A stretch of DNA of 64,000 bases from Candidatus Obscuribacteraceae bacterium (lineage in GTDB: Bacteria > Cyanobacteriota > Vampirovibrionia > Obscuribacterales > Obscuribacteraceae). The notes beneath the pieces are model-generated. The model was given only the letters and a program-made list of their open reading frames with translations, was not told where the DNA came from and made no database searches. Positions 9,863 through 19,578 of the stretch are shown in pieces. The DNA lies in assembly GCA_044229845.1 (NCBI GenBank), contig JBGASG010000009.1:1-64000 (forward strand). The letters run 5' to 3'. The stretch's first letter is position 1, and each line of letters opens with the position of its first letter. The position numbers and the translations under genes were made by a program.

Positions 9863-11974
9863 CTAGACTTTACCCGCCGCCTCTACTTGCTGAGCCTCGG
9901 CGGCTCTCCCGGTGCTGCGCAGCAACTCGAGATAATCCGCGAACATCACCTTGTAGGTCGATCTGCCCGTATAAGACGTCGGGTCCAGATTTTTCAACAC
10001 TTCGACCAGAATCGGCTCTGCTTCTTTATAGCGCTTTGCCGCAAACAGGCATTTGGCAAGCGACCCTTTGTACTGCAATCCCTGTCGTGGGTCGATCTGT
10101 TTCGACAGCTCGATCTGTTTCTTATACAAGTCGATGGCTTTGTCATACTGCCCGCAGTGCATCTCAGCGAGAGCGCCGGCACCAAGAAAGTCCAGGCGAA
10201 ACCGGGGCGGCGTCGACTCGTTCATGAGCGGCAGTCCTTCTTCCGCCATTTTTCGCGCGCGCTCGAAGTCGCCGGTGTTGCACAATATCCAGGCCAGTTG
10301 CCCACGCAATTCGATATACGTATCGTCCTGCGGTTTGTAATAGCGATTCACCAGAGGCAGTAACTCGTCGTAGAGTTTCACACCCTCTTTGAAGTTTCCT
10401 TCACTGTACTCAAACCATGCCAGTCCATTGAGCGGCTCGACTACTTGTTTGCTGTCGGCGCCGTAGCGTTTCTTTGCCCAGGACAGCACTTCCTGCAGAT
10501 AGGGACGCGCCTCGCGACTGTCCAGTGCCTGCACGCTGCCTGCTGTTTGTTTGAGCAGACCGTAGTATTCTTCGCTGTCCAGTTTGTTTTGATCCGCCAG
10601 AAGCTTTTTCTTGACGGCGAAGCGATGCTGTGCATACGGAACCGCGTCCAGCCGCCTCTGCACTTTGTCGATGCTCTGTACTTTCTCCAGCGCTTCAATA
10701 ATCAGACCATCTACCTGTTCCATCTCCGGAGAGAACTCTTTGCCGCTTGCTTTAAGCTCGACTTTCAATTTGTCGCCGGCAGCTTTTGCTTTCTCCGAAT
10801 CTCCTCGGGCTGTCAGATCCCTCATCTCTTGCAACTGCTGTGAGAAACGCTGCTTCGCGCGTGCCGCGCTCTTCGATGCATCGTTCTCGGTCATTTTGAC
10901 GAAACCGAATGATGCCACCGCCACCAGCGCCGATGCGCCAATCACAATCGAGGCGATTGTCAGTTGCTGGCGCCGTTTCGTCGAGAGCCGATGGCGCTTC
11001 TTGATCTTGCCGGTGGTCTCCAGGGAGATCAGGTCGTCGGCGACTTCCTTCATGGACTGATAGCGTTGCCCGACGTCCTGTTTCAGGCACGTGAGCGTAA
11101 TGTCCTTCAAACCGTCAGGAATGCCGGCATCGAAATCCTCGCGCGACCGTTCTGCCGTCAAATGGTGCTGCATCACTTCGAAAACGTTTCTGCCGGTGAC
11201 TGCCAGCTCTCCGGTCAGCACCTGCCAGAGCACGCAGCCAAACGAATACACATCAGAGCGCCCATCCAGCTGGATGCCCTGTACCTGTTCCGGGCTCATA
11301 AACGAGGGTGTTCCAATGGTCATGCCGGTGCGTGTCAGTTGTTCCGGCATCAACGTTTCGTAAGTCTTCGCCAGTCCGAAGTCGATAATCTTGATCGACT
11401 CCACTTCCGAGGTCGGATCTTTGATCACCATGATGTTCGCTGGTTTCAAATCGCGGTGAATGATCCCCAGTGCATGTGCCGCGGCCACCGCCTGCGCTGT
11501 CTGTCGCATCAGTGGTATCAATCGCGGCACCGCCAGTTTTTCCTCGGCGATCAGTTCTTGCAGCGTCTGCCCACTCAGGTATTCCAGCACGAGATAGGGT
11601 TGTCCGCCCTCCAGAATGCCGTAGTCGTAGACGGAGCAGATATGCGGATGGTTGAGCGAACTCATGACCCGAGCTTCTCGCTCGAATCGCTGCAGTTTTT
11701 CCGCGGTTGATGCCAGATCGGCGCGCATGACTTTGAATGCCACCATGCGTCCGAGTTTGATGTCGCGGGCTTTATAGACTGAGCCCCAGCCGCCGCAGCC
11801 GACCAGTTCTATGACTTCGAATTTCGATTCCACAAGCTGACCCACAAACGGGTCATGCTTGAGGGGCATCAAAAATCCGCCGTCGTCCGGACAGATGACG
11901 CTATCGTCTTCGGCGGCAAATTCACGTGCGCAGAGTGCGCAGTACTTTTCGATGTCGATTCGCTTGACGGACAT
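9863..11974 (-). CDS. Ser/Thr protein kinase with N-terminal Zn ribbon, TM and TPR-like C-terminus (tandem paralog)
   Basis: CALC..CPDDG; GCGGWGSV, HRDLKPAN, DFG, GTPSFMSPEQ. Confidence 0.95.
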   Translation of the reverse strand: MSVKRIDIEKYCALCAREFAAEDDSVICPDDGGFLMPLKHDPFVGQLVESKFEVIELVGCGGWGSVYKARDIKLGRMVAFKVMRADLASTAEKLQRFEREARVMSSLNHPHICSVYDYGILEGGQPYLVLEYLSGQTLQELIAEEKLAVPRLIPLMRQTAQAVAAAHALGIIHRDLKPANIMVIKDPTSEVESIKIIDFGLAKTYETLMPEQLTRTGMTIGTPSFMSPEQVQGIQLDGRSDVYSFGCVLWQVLTGELAVTGRNVFEVMQHHLTAERSREDFDAGIPDGLKDITLTCLKQDVGQRYQSMKEVADDLISLETTGKIKKRHRLSTKRRQQLTIASIVIGASALVAVASFGFVKMTENDASKSAARAKQRFSQQLQEMRDLTARGDSEKAKAAGDKLKVELKASGKEFSPEMEQVDGLIIEALEKVQSIDKVQRRLDAVPYAQHRFAVKKKLLADQNKLDSEEYYGLLKQTAGSVQALDSREARPYLQEVLSWAKKRYGADSKQVVEPLNGLAWFEYSEGNFKEGVKLYDELLPLVNRYYKPQDDTYIELRGQLAWILCNTGDFERARKMAEEGLPLMNESTPPRFRLDFLGAGALAEMHCGQYDKAIDLYKKQIELSKQIDPRQGLQYKGSLAKCLFAAKRYKEAEPILVEVLKNLDPTSYTGRSTYKVMFADYLELLRSTGRAAEAQQVEAAGKV

Positions 11975-12273
11975 GGCGAAATGCTTGCACCTTCACAGGT
12001 TTGATATACCCAGGAGCCGCCAGTAGGCTGCAAAAACGGGTGACGGCGAGACGTTGTATACGACAGCTGACGATCGACGTAATGCCTGATAAACATGCCG
12101 CTGCAGATCAGCGGTTGCGGCACCGGCGACCGGGCGAGGTGGCGGTAAGTCCAGGTGTAATGTTTCTGGGTACCGCCCATTGCCTTCCAGAGTGGGCGAG
12201 AAGCCAGGCACAGCCAGAGCGTCATGCCGATTATCAGGCACGCGTAGAGTTTGTTTTGTAGGCTTGTGTCCAT
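11869..12273 (-). CDS. Small hypothetical membrane-anchored protein (3' end uncertain; overlaps kinase start)
   Basis: ATG followed by a hydrophobic helix fills the gap between genes, but the ORF overlaps the next gene by 106 nt. Confidence 0.35.
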   Translation of the reverse strand: MDTSLQNKLYACLIIGMTLWLCLASRPLWKAMGGTQKHYTWTYRHLARSPVPQPLICSGMFIRHYVDRQLSYTTSRRHPFLQPTGGSWVYQTCEGASISPCPSSESTSKSTAHSAHVNLPPKTIASSVRTTADF

Positions 12274-12311
12274 GGTTTGTTCTGCCGGGGTGAGGTGAGT
12301 GTCGTAGTAAA

Positions 12312-12869
12312 TTAGTGAGTGGCTGTCGGTCGTTTCCAGCGCACCGTATGTAGTGCGTTGCGGGCCGCCGTGGCTGCCTTGTAGTAGTCGCGGGTCGGGG
12401 CGACCACGGTGATTTCTTGAATGGGGGCGTTGTCGCTGGTGCGCGCGGAGCGTTCTGTGTCGACGAAGACCACCTGGGCAATAACGTCGTAGCGGGCATA
12501 CTTGCCTTCGACGATCAGCACCGGCTCGTCATTGATGCGTTGCAGCTTGGCGCACAGCAGTTGAAACGTCTTTTCGCGACCCAATTCCTGCAACACTTCC
12601 GCCAGTGGGGCTGTCTGCAAGAGGCGCGTATCGACGCGAAAGCTGCCGCCATACATGGGGGCGCTGTCGATCAAGGCGCGAAAGGCGCTGGTGGCTTCGC
12701 GGCTCAGGCGGTGACCGCGGTAGGAGAACACTAGTTGAGTCGCCTGTTGTTCGACCGGGTGAAACTCGCGCGCATAGCCGGAACCGCTGCGCATCCAGTT
12801 GCCCACGACCCAGCCCGGTGGCAAGGTCAGGTGTTCTATATGTCCGAGGTTATTCACTGCGTCTTCCAT
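12312..12869 (-). CDS. Hypothetical protein, possibly PsbP/DcrB-like fold
   Basis: LTLPPGW near the N-terminus, INDEPVLIVEG, C-terminal helix plus W; GAGGT RBS. Confidence 0.7.
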   Translation of the reverse strand: MEDAVNNLGHIEHLTLPPGWVVGNWMRSGSGYAREFHPVEQQATQLVFSYRGHRLSREATSAFRALIDSAPMYGGSFRVDTRLLQTAPLAEVLQELGREKTFQLLCAKLQRINDEPVLIVEGKYARYDVIAQVVFVDTERSARTSDNAPIQEITVVAPTRDYYKAATAARNALHTVRWKRPTATH

Positions 12870-13095
12870 CTCGTTACCTCATGAGGGGTGGCATCAGGTA
12901 GCCGGCGGCTGCTCACTGTCAGCCACCCGGCGTTTTCGAGAATTTCCAGGGCTCCACCACCGGTGGTGCAAATTTTGCAGATTATGTGTTCCAGTCAGGG
13001 CGTGTTTGGTCCACTGCCGATGCTTTCTCTGCTTCGCACCGACATGAATGAATGGGGCAGGTGGTTGGAGAGGATGGGGGGATCTCTTGGCAACT

Positions 13096-13130
13096 AAAAT
13101 AACAAAAAGACCTTACCGAGACGTTACCAG
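13096..13130 (-). promoter_or_regulatory. GGTAA direct-repeat box plus extended -10 (copy 2)
   Basis: Minus strand CTGGTAAcgtctCGGTAA-N8-TG-t-TATTTT. Confidence 0.65.
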
Positions 13131-13177
13131 GGTGGTAAATAATGGGGGAAACCGGCACCTGGAGCTCGGAGGCTCTG

Positions 13178-13867
13178 ATGGCGAAGATTTTGATAGTCGA
13201 GGACGATCCTGACCTGGCCCAGCGGGTGGCTGACTATCTGGCCCTGCAGCATCACAAAGTGGAAATCTCCAATAATGGGCGAGATGCCCATGAATTGCTG
13301 GGTGTGGCCAATTTTGAGTTGATGATTTTAGACTGGGATCTGCCGGGGATGCCCGGTATTGAGGTGTTGAAGGCTTTCCGCGCGCAGGGCGGGCAGACGC
13401 CGGTGTTGATGCTGACCGGGAAGGACGAGCTGCACGATATCGAAGCCGGGCTGGATGGCGGAGCCGATGACTATCTGATAAAGCCTTTTGCCATGCGCGA
13501 GTTGGCGGCGCGCGTCCGGGCGCTGACGCGCAAGTCGACGGCAACCTACGCGCCGGTGATGCAACTGGGCAATCTGGAGATTGAAAGTTCCGCGCACCGC
13601 GTCACCCGCGGCGGAGCTGAGATCAAGCTGCAGCCCCAGGAATTCGCTGTTTTAGAGTTTCTTCTCAAACGATCTTCCGAAGTATTCAGTGTGGAAGCGC
13701 TCCAGGGGAACCTCTGGTCGTCCGACGTTAATGCCTCGCCGGACAGCGTGCGGGTGTGCATCGCTCGACTGCGCAGCAAAATCGACGAACCCGGCTCCCC
13801 GTCTTATATCCGTACGGTGCACAGGCTCGGCTATCAGATCGAGAGCGACTACCTGGACAAAAAATAA
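13178..13867 (+). CDS. OmpR/PhoB-family response regulator
   Basis: KILIVEDD, ILDWDLPG, DDYLIKPF, winged-helix RLRSKID..IRTVHRLGY. Confidence 0.95.
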   Translation: MAKILIVEDDPDLAQRVADYLALQHHKVEISNNGRDAHELLGVANFELMILDWDLPGMPGIEVLKAFRAQGGQTPVLMLTGKDELHDIEAGLDGGADDYLIKPFAMRELAARVRALTRKSTATYAPVMQLGNLEIESSAHRVTRGGAEIKLQPQEFAVLEFLLKRSSEVFSVEALQGNLWSSDVNASPDSVRVCIARLRSKIDEPGSPSYIRTVHRLGYQIESDYLDKK

Positions 13868-13868
13868 C

Positions 13869-13894
13869 CCCTGGTGGGGGCGAGACCACCAGGG
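13869..13894. terminator. Hairpin between convergent genes, probable intrinsic terminator
   Basis: ccctggtgg-N8-ccaccaggg; T-rich tail on the minus strand. Confidence 0.6.
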
Positions 13895-13930
13895 ATATCC
13901 TCTCTGCAAACTTGTTTACCAGCCTGGGTA

Positions 13931-14764
13931 CTAGTCTTTGGACTTGGGCTTTTCCCACGAGCCGTCGGAAGGATTTTGATTGCTGGGCAGTGGACGCAGC
14001 GGGGTGCCGTTTTCGTCAACCGGACCCGCTTGCGGGCGGCTGCCCTCGGCGTCTCCTTCTGCCCCAATCGGTCCATTGCCGTTCTCTTTGGCGACTTCTG
14101 TCCCAGCTTCCGCTGCGCCTGAGCGTCTGCCTGCCAGTGCTGCCGCGGCTCCGGCGCGAGCCAGCACCGATATGCTCACACCGGCATGGGCGGCCGCGCT
14201 GCGTTCGATGCCGCCGCGCGCGCCGATGGCCTGGATGATGCTCAAACCGAGTTCTGTGCCGATACCGCTGGCTGCGTCTTGAGAGGCGCCGGACAAAGCG
14301 GCTTGTATTGCTGCGTCGGCAGCCATGCGTGCCACGACTGAAACGTCGACGCCGTCGCCCTGTCCGCCCGCTGTGCCGCCACCATCGGCTTCGTGAATCC
14401 GTTCATGGATGACTGTATCGTCGGTCTCATTATCGTCGTCCTCGGCGTCCTGGTCGTCGTCGTCGCTGTCTTCGGTTTCGAGATCTTTGGATTCGTCTTC
14501 CTTATCCAACTGTTCTTGAGTCTCAGCTTTGCCGCCGTCGATCGGCTGGTGCCCCTTGGGCTGTTCGTTGCTGCCATCGGTGGTTCCGAAGTCGATAGTA
14601 ACGTTGGGCAAGCCTTTTAGCGGTGCGTCGCTGGTGTTTTTGTCCAGTCTGCCGGCGTTTAGTGCATCGTTGTTTCTATAGCCGTCCTGAGCGATGGTAG
14701 CCATGGTGTCTCGCAGGCTATCTGCTTGTGTGGTGGCGCAACTGTTGTCGACTTCTTTACCCAT
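13931..14764 (-). CDS. Acidic low-complexity hypothetical protein
   Basis: GGGAGG RBS; D/E-rich tract followed by an Ala/Gly-rich segment. Confidence 0.75.
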   Translation of the reverse strand: MGKEVDNSCATTQADSLRDTMATIAQDGYRNNDALNAGRLDKNTSDAPLKGLPNVTIDFGTTDGSNEQPKGHQPIDGGKAETQEQLDKEDESKDLETEDSDDDDQDAEDDDNETDDTVIHERIHEADGGGTAGGQGDGVDVSVVARMAADAAIQAALSGASQDAASGIGTELGLSIIQAIGARGGIERSAAAHAGVSISVLARAGAAAALAGRRSGAAEAGTEVAKENGNGPIGAEGDAEGSRPQAGPVDENGTPLRPLPSNQNPSDGSWEKPKSKD

Positions 14765-14975
14765 GTAAGCACTAACCTCCCAGTTAGATTGCGCAGCAGA
14801 ATCATGGAGCACCACATGTGGTGTCCCTGCTGATTTGGTTTGATTACTAAGACGGTGCCTCAAAACGGGACAGCCGGCGGGATAGCTGACCTGTTTATTG
14901 AAAGCCATAACCGGTATTCCGGTGGAATGCACCGGGGGCTAGAGCTGTAATTCGGCGGGTCTCTTGGCAAGGCTT

Positions 14976-15010
14976 AATCTAGCAGAACCACCTTACCGTG
15001 ACGTTACCAG
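14976..15010 (-). promoter_or_regulatory. GGTAA direct-repeat box plus extended -10 (copy 3)
   Basis: Minus strand CTGGTAAcgtcaCGGTAA-N8-TG-c-TAGATT. Confidence 0.65.
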
Positions 15011-15036
15011 CCTGGGAGTCCCCGCAGCGCCGTTTC

Positions 15037-16410
15037 TTAGCTGGGTGGAGCGAAGCTGGCTCTCTCTTGAGCGGAGTCTTTCGTTACGGGCGCGGACGCG
15101 TCATAGCCGAGCAGCTTGCTGGTGAGCGGGCTGCCCTGTTGCAGGTGTTGCAGCGCTTCCTTTATATGTCGATCCTGCACTGCCACATCGCGCCCTTCTT
15201 CCGCAGCCAAAAGCGCGGCTTTGCGAAACAGTTCGCGAATGTACGCGGCGCTGACGCCTTCGGTTTGTTCGATGAAGCGTTTGGTGGAACGCAGTTTCAT
15301 CGGCAGTCCTTTGCTGTACAGATCGAAAAGCCGCGCGCGGCACTCGGCATCGGGCAGCGGAATCATGATCGCCTGGTCGATACGACCAGGGCGGGAAGCC
15401 AGCGCCGGTTCCAACGACTCGGGGCGGTTGGTGGTCAGAAGAAACAACACGTCGGCATCATCGGCGATGCCGTCCATCTGGTTGAGCAGCTCGAACAACA
15501 CCGGGTTGAAATTGCGGCGCGTGCGCTCCTCCGCCACGAGATCGACATCGTCGATGACGACGGTGGCAGGCTGCAGCGCCCGCGCCAGTGTGCAGGCGTC
15601 TTCGAGGTGTTGCACCGCGTTGCCGTTGAGAATAATGCCGGTGCGCCCTTTCATTTCAGAAAGCAGGTGCATGATGCTCAGCGACTTTCCGGTGCCGGGC
15701 GGACCATAGAGAAGCAGCCCGCGCTTCAAGTGGCGACCGCGCGAGAGGAGCAGTTCACGGTGCTGAGAAAATCGGGTGGTGTGGCGCTCGATTTGCTGGA
15801 TAACAGGTTCAGGCAGAATCAGTTGATCGCGCGGCACAGTCGGCACTTTCTGGAAATAGACCACCAGATTTCTGTCGCGGTCTTCCTTCAAAGAAACTAC
15901 CTGCCCCTTATAAATGCTTTGCTGATCCGCGAGTGCGCGCATGTCGGCGAGAAACTTTTCCGCAATCCAACGTTCGCGTGCAATCACTTCAACGGTCATG
16001 TTGTCTTCCCAGTGCGGGCGAATCAAGTGAATCGCCAGGCGGCGACTATCGTCGCGCACCAAATAGATCGCGCGTTGCGCGCAACTGATGCTGTTGCCGT
16101 TAGCCAGTTCGACGTCGCAGTATTGCACCGGACCGTCAGTCTCGTAGGTGGCGTCCGGATGCAGGAAGTCGCTGAAGCGCAGGTCGGTGTCGGTGGTCGA
16201 CAGTCCCAGCATCTTGGCGTAGCGATTGCGCCCGGCGAGATATCTCTGGATCGCCAGGAAAACGCAGGCATGACGATGGCGGCTGTATTCCACGGTCACG
16301 ACCGGGAACTTGCGCGGGCAACGCCCGAAGTGATTTTTCAAATGGTGCGCGAGAGGCCGCGGGCGCCTGTTCAGCAACGCCAGAGCGACCTTCGCAATTT
16401 CGAGATACAT
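15037..16410 (-). CDS. AAA+ family ATPase
   Basis: GLLLYGPPGTGKS Walker A, VVIDDVD, LLNQMDG, TTNRPESLEPALASRPGRID (SRH). Confidence 0.9.
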   Translation of the reverse strand: MYLEIAKVALALLNRRPRPLAHHLKNHFGRCPRKFPVVTVEYSRHRHACVFLAIQRYLAGRNRYAKMLGLSTTDTDLRFSDFLHPDATYETDGPVQYCDVELANGNSISCAQRAIYLVRDDSRRLAIHLIRPHWEDNMTVEVIARERWIAEKFLADMRALADQQSIYKGQVVSLKEDRDRNLVVYFQKVPTVPRDQLILPEPVIQQIERHTTRFSQHRELLLSRGRHLKRGLLLYGPPGTGKSLSIMHLLSEMKGRTGIILNGNAVQHLEDACTLARALQPATVVIDDVDLVAEERTRRNFNPVLFELLNQMDGIADDADVLFLLTTNRPESLEPALASRPGRIDQAIMIPLPDAECRARLFDLYSKGLPMKLRSTKRFIEQTEGVSAAYIRELFRKAALLAAEEGRDVAVQDRHIKEALQHLQQGSPLTSKLLGYDASAPVTKDSAQERASFAPPS

Positions 16411-16550
16411 GATCGTTCTTTCTAATTGTGATGCAAAGTATATGAATTGAAAAATAAGGCACGTCGCGACTAGCAGCATCTCTAGCCGGAACTGCTAGTC
16501 GGATGTGTGCCTCGGGTATGCTGAGCAGGCGTGACCGGAGATTGTAGCGA

Positions 16551-17480
16551 ATGCCCTCGAAAAAAGCTCGGACGTCTGTCATAGTGACGCGAGTCAACGA
16601 AGGGTTTCTTCTCGTGGTTGGATCTTACGAAGTCACCAGTGCCAGTCGCAAAGCCACGCAAGCGCGCGATGCGATTGTCGCTAACGCCAACTTCATCTCC
16701 ACAGAACTCAACACGATCACCGCTCCGCGCGAATTGAAGCAGCTGGTCTGGGCGTGGTCCGATTCATTCGTAGAAGGCTGGGGCGAGATCAGCGCTTATC
16801 TCGATCGCGTGATGCAGTGTGGACGAAACTATCTGCGCATGCATCCTTCGGCGCAACGCAGCGGTGCCGAGAGTGACATCAATACTATAAGAAATTTGAT
16901 GCGCCCATTATTCGATTCGCTGCGCAAGGTCGTGGAAGAAACGCAAGCGCGCTCAAAGCAAGCAGGCGAAACGGATAAGGCGGCGGCGTCATTGATATCG
17001 GTATTGGTCACCGAGTCGGCGAGGAATATTTTGAACAGCGCCGTCAAGCTGCAAGACGCGCTCGACAAGCTGCTGGCGGAAATGAAGATCGATGAACCCG
17101 ATCCCTATGATGGCGAGCTCTATCCGCATTTCGAGTTCAGCTGCGCAAACTGCCACCATCCGGCTTTGGAGTTGACTTTTGTTCCGGAAGACGCGCGACA
17201 TCCTGTGCAAGCGGCAAAGCACCAGGCATTGCTTTGCGGACATGGCGAAGTTGTATATTTGAGCCCGGAGCAGACGCACTCGGTTCTGCAGCGCTTGCAA
17301 AAAGGCGACCTCGAAGAGATCTCCATGATGATCGACGCGGGACGCGTTTATTGCCGGCACTGCCAGCTGCTTTATTGCTGGGACGACTGGACCAACAAAG
17401 AGCAGATCTACGACGAAGGCAGTTACGACTACACCCGCGGTGTCTGTCCTAAGGGACACAAAGGCGTCATAGACGATTGA
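16551..17480 (+). CDS. Hypothetical protein with helical N-terminus and Cys-rich Zn-binding C-terminal domain
   Basis: CANC..YCRHC..YC..CPKGH. Confidence 0.7.
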   Translation: MPSKKARTSVIVTRVNEGFLLVVGSYEVTSASRKATQARDAIVANANFISTELNTITAPRELKQLVWAWSDSFVEGWGEISAYLDRVMQCGRNYLRMHPSAQRSGAESDINTIRNLMRPLFDSLRKVVEETQARSKQAGETDKAAASLISVLVTESARNILNSAVKLQDALDKLLAEMKIDEPDPYDGELYPHFEFSCANCHHPALELTFVPEDARHPVQAAKHQALLCGHGEVVYLSPEQTHSVLQRLQKGDLEEISMMIDAGRVYCRHCQLLYCWDDWTNKEQIYDEGSYDYTRGVCPKGHKGVIDD

Positions 17481-17539
17481 TTCGACTATAATGCGATATG
17501 ACCGGTTAGCTGGGTTGCCCCTTGTGGTGAATATAGCGA

Positions 17540-17902
17540 TTGGATAGTTCCGACATCAACATGCTTTCTGCGGCACTCGGCTGTGTGCAGGTGCTGTGGT
17601 GGATCGGGTTTTTGATCACATTTGTGATCGGCATGCTGATCGCCGGCATCTCATTCAAAAAGAACAGCCGGGCATCGCTGGTTATGTTGCTCGGATTCGT
17701 ATCGCTGATTGTCGGTGGTGCCTTCGCGATGGTTGCGCCCATGGTGATGGGGGCGGCGCTCGCTGCCAGCAGCGGCAACAGAGATACGCTCTTTATCGCC
17801 AATATTGTGCTTGGCTGTTTTCGCGTCTTCTGGCAGGTTCTGGGAGTGGCCCTGATTACATTTGCCATCGTGGCACCGGACAAAAAGGCGGTGACGGGGT
17901 GA
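17540..17902 (+). CDS. Small three-TM membrane protein
   Basis: Three hydrophobic helices. Confidence 0.7.
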   Translation: MDSSDINMLSAALGCVQVLWWIGFLITFVIGMLIAGISFKKNSRASLVMLLGFVSLIVGGAFAMVAPMVMGAALAASSGNRDTLFIANIVLGCFRVFWQVLGVALITFAIVAPDKKAVTG

Positions 17903-18435
17903 GCAGCGAAGCCGGTCTGGCTGGATTTTTCACCGGCTTCTGCCTGGGATTGCCGCTGACGCTTGCCTATCTGGCTGGGCTGGTACTGTCCATGATGGCA
18001 AAGAAGCGTCTGGGCAATGCCGCGAATTTTGCCATGGGCGGATTCGCATTTTTTCTGGTGGCGCAATGCATTGCTTCCGTGGTGGAGTGTGTGACATGGT
18101 TTCTGGCGCCGTCGGCCGGCAAAACCTCAATGGTGTTTATCTCGTTGATCGTCGAACGTGCAGTATGCGGCTTTCTGCAGGTGGTGGCACTTGGTCTTTT
18201 GATCACCGCATTTGCAAAACGTGTGAATGGCGACCCGCGAGTGGTGCCTGCGAACAGCACTGCGCCACCTGCCCGTCAAGCTGCTAAGCCGGCGCCGGCA
18301 GCGCCTGCCTCCATGCCGCAAACGCAGACACAGACACGAGTGCACGGGGACACCATCGTCAGTCTGGACAACGACGCCGGTCTGGATGGTGGTGCAGACC
18401 CCGATACGCAGACGCGCACCCGGATCGAGAAATAG
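17899..18435 (+). CDS. Small three-TM membrane protein with Pro/Ala tail (paralog-like to upstream gene)
   Basis: GTG start overlaps the upstream TGA; ends its TM region QVVALGLLITA versus QVLGVALITFA. Confidence 0.7.
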   Translation: MSSEAGLAGFFTGFCLGLPLTLAYLAGLVLSMMAKKRLGNAANFAMGGFAFFLVAQCIASVVECVTWFLAPSAGKTSMVFISLIVERAVCGFLQVVALGLLITAFAKRVNGDPRVVPANSTAPPARQAAKPAPAAPASMPQTQTQTRVHGDTIVSLDNDAGLDGGADPDTQTRTRIEK

Positions 18436-18561
18436 AAGTTTGCTGCCCGCCAATCCGGGCTATTAATGTAGTAGCATTTGCACCGACACGAGACACCCAG
18501 TCGGTGAACGCAACCCCTTTGCAAGACGCAAAGGCGGCAGTAAATTTATAGGAGAGAAGAC

Positions 18562-19533
18562 GTGATTGCCAGTAAGACTATGAGTCCCACAATCAAACTT
18601 GCGTTGACGTTGTTGTGCATCAGCCTCTTGCAAGTAAGTCCAGCCTTGTCTCCGATTGCTGACGCCAAATCAAAGAACAAGTCGAAGGCCACGACCACGG
18701 TCGTCAGTCAGCCAGGCGATGATGAAGCGCAGGTGCGCGCTCAGATTGCCAGTCTCGCCAAGGCGCTGGAAGCAGCCGATGCGAAGGCACTGGCGACAAT
18801 CTGGACCGAAGACGGCAATTACGTCACCGACGCCGGAGTCGAGTACAAGGGACGCGCGGCGCTGGAGAAGAGATTTGGTGATGTGTTCACCACCGACGGC
18901 AAACAGCTGGTCGACTTTGTCACTGGCTCATCGCGCCTTCTGTCTCCTGGTGTGATGCTCGTCGAAGGCGTGGTGCGTCGCAAAGGAGCGCCGGCAGAGG
19001 CGGATCCCGAGACACGTTATTCGATGGTCTTCGTCAAGCGCGGCGACGGCTGGTTGATTTCCACCGCCAGCGAGCGCCCTTTCGCAGCCGCCGACACTAA
19101 GAATCCTTTGCAAGCGCTGTCGTGGATGATTGGCGATTGGTCGGCGGACAAGGATGGTGGTTTCGTCCACATGAAAGCGGAATGGGCTGCCAACAACAAC
19201 TTTATTAGCTGCACATACGAATCCAAGAAGTCGGCAAACGATGCGGTCGTCGACAGTCGTCAGGTGATTGGTTGGGATCCGCGTACCGGGCAGCCGGTGT
19301 CGTGGCACTTCGACTCTAACGGCGGCTTCGGGCATGGCGACTGGCTGAAAAAAGACAACCAATGGCTCGTGAAAGCGACCGGCGTGGATCGCGACGGCGA
19401 CATCACCACCGCTACCAATGTCATTTCAGAAAGTGGACCCAACAGTTTTTCCTGGCAGTCGATCGACCGCAGCGTCAATGGTGTCGTATTTGGTGACACC
19501 GTGCCACTCAAGGTTCAGCGCGTGACGAAGTAA
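18562..19533 (+). CDS. Secreted NTF2-like (SgcJ/EcaC, DUF4440) domain protein
   Basis: DAKALATIWTEDG..YSMVFVKRGDGWLI; second domain LSWMIGDW..SWHFDSNGGFG. Confidence 0.85.
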   Translation: MIASKTMSPTIKLALTLLCISLLQVSPALSPIADAKSKNKSKATTTVVSQPGDDEAQVRAQIASLAKALEAADAKALATIWTEDGNYVTDAGVEYKGRAALEKRFGDVFTTDGKQLVDFVTGSSRLLSPGVMLVEGVVRRKGAPAEADPETRYSMVFVKRGDGWLISTASERPFAAADTKNPLQALSWMIGDWSADKDGGFVHMKAEWAANNNFISCTYESKKSANDAVVDSRQVIGWDPRTGQPVSWHFDSNGGFGHGDWLKKDNQWLVKATGVDRDGDITTATNVISESGPNSFSWQSIDRSVNGVVFGDTVPLKVQRVTK

Positions 19534-19578
19534 TTCCATTTAGTCTTCACTCACATTCGACAGCAGGTACGGCGCGAC

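Noticed and set aside
18500..18545. GACGCAAAG resembling a c-di-GMP-I riboswitch
   Set aside because: Lacks the GGCAAA/GNRA P2 and P3 organisation; explained by a simple hairpin
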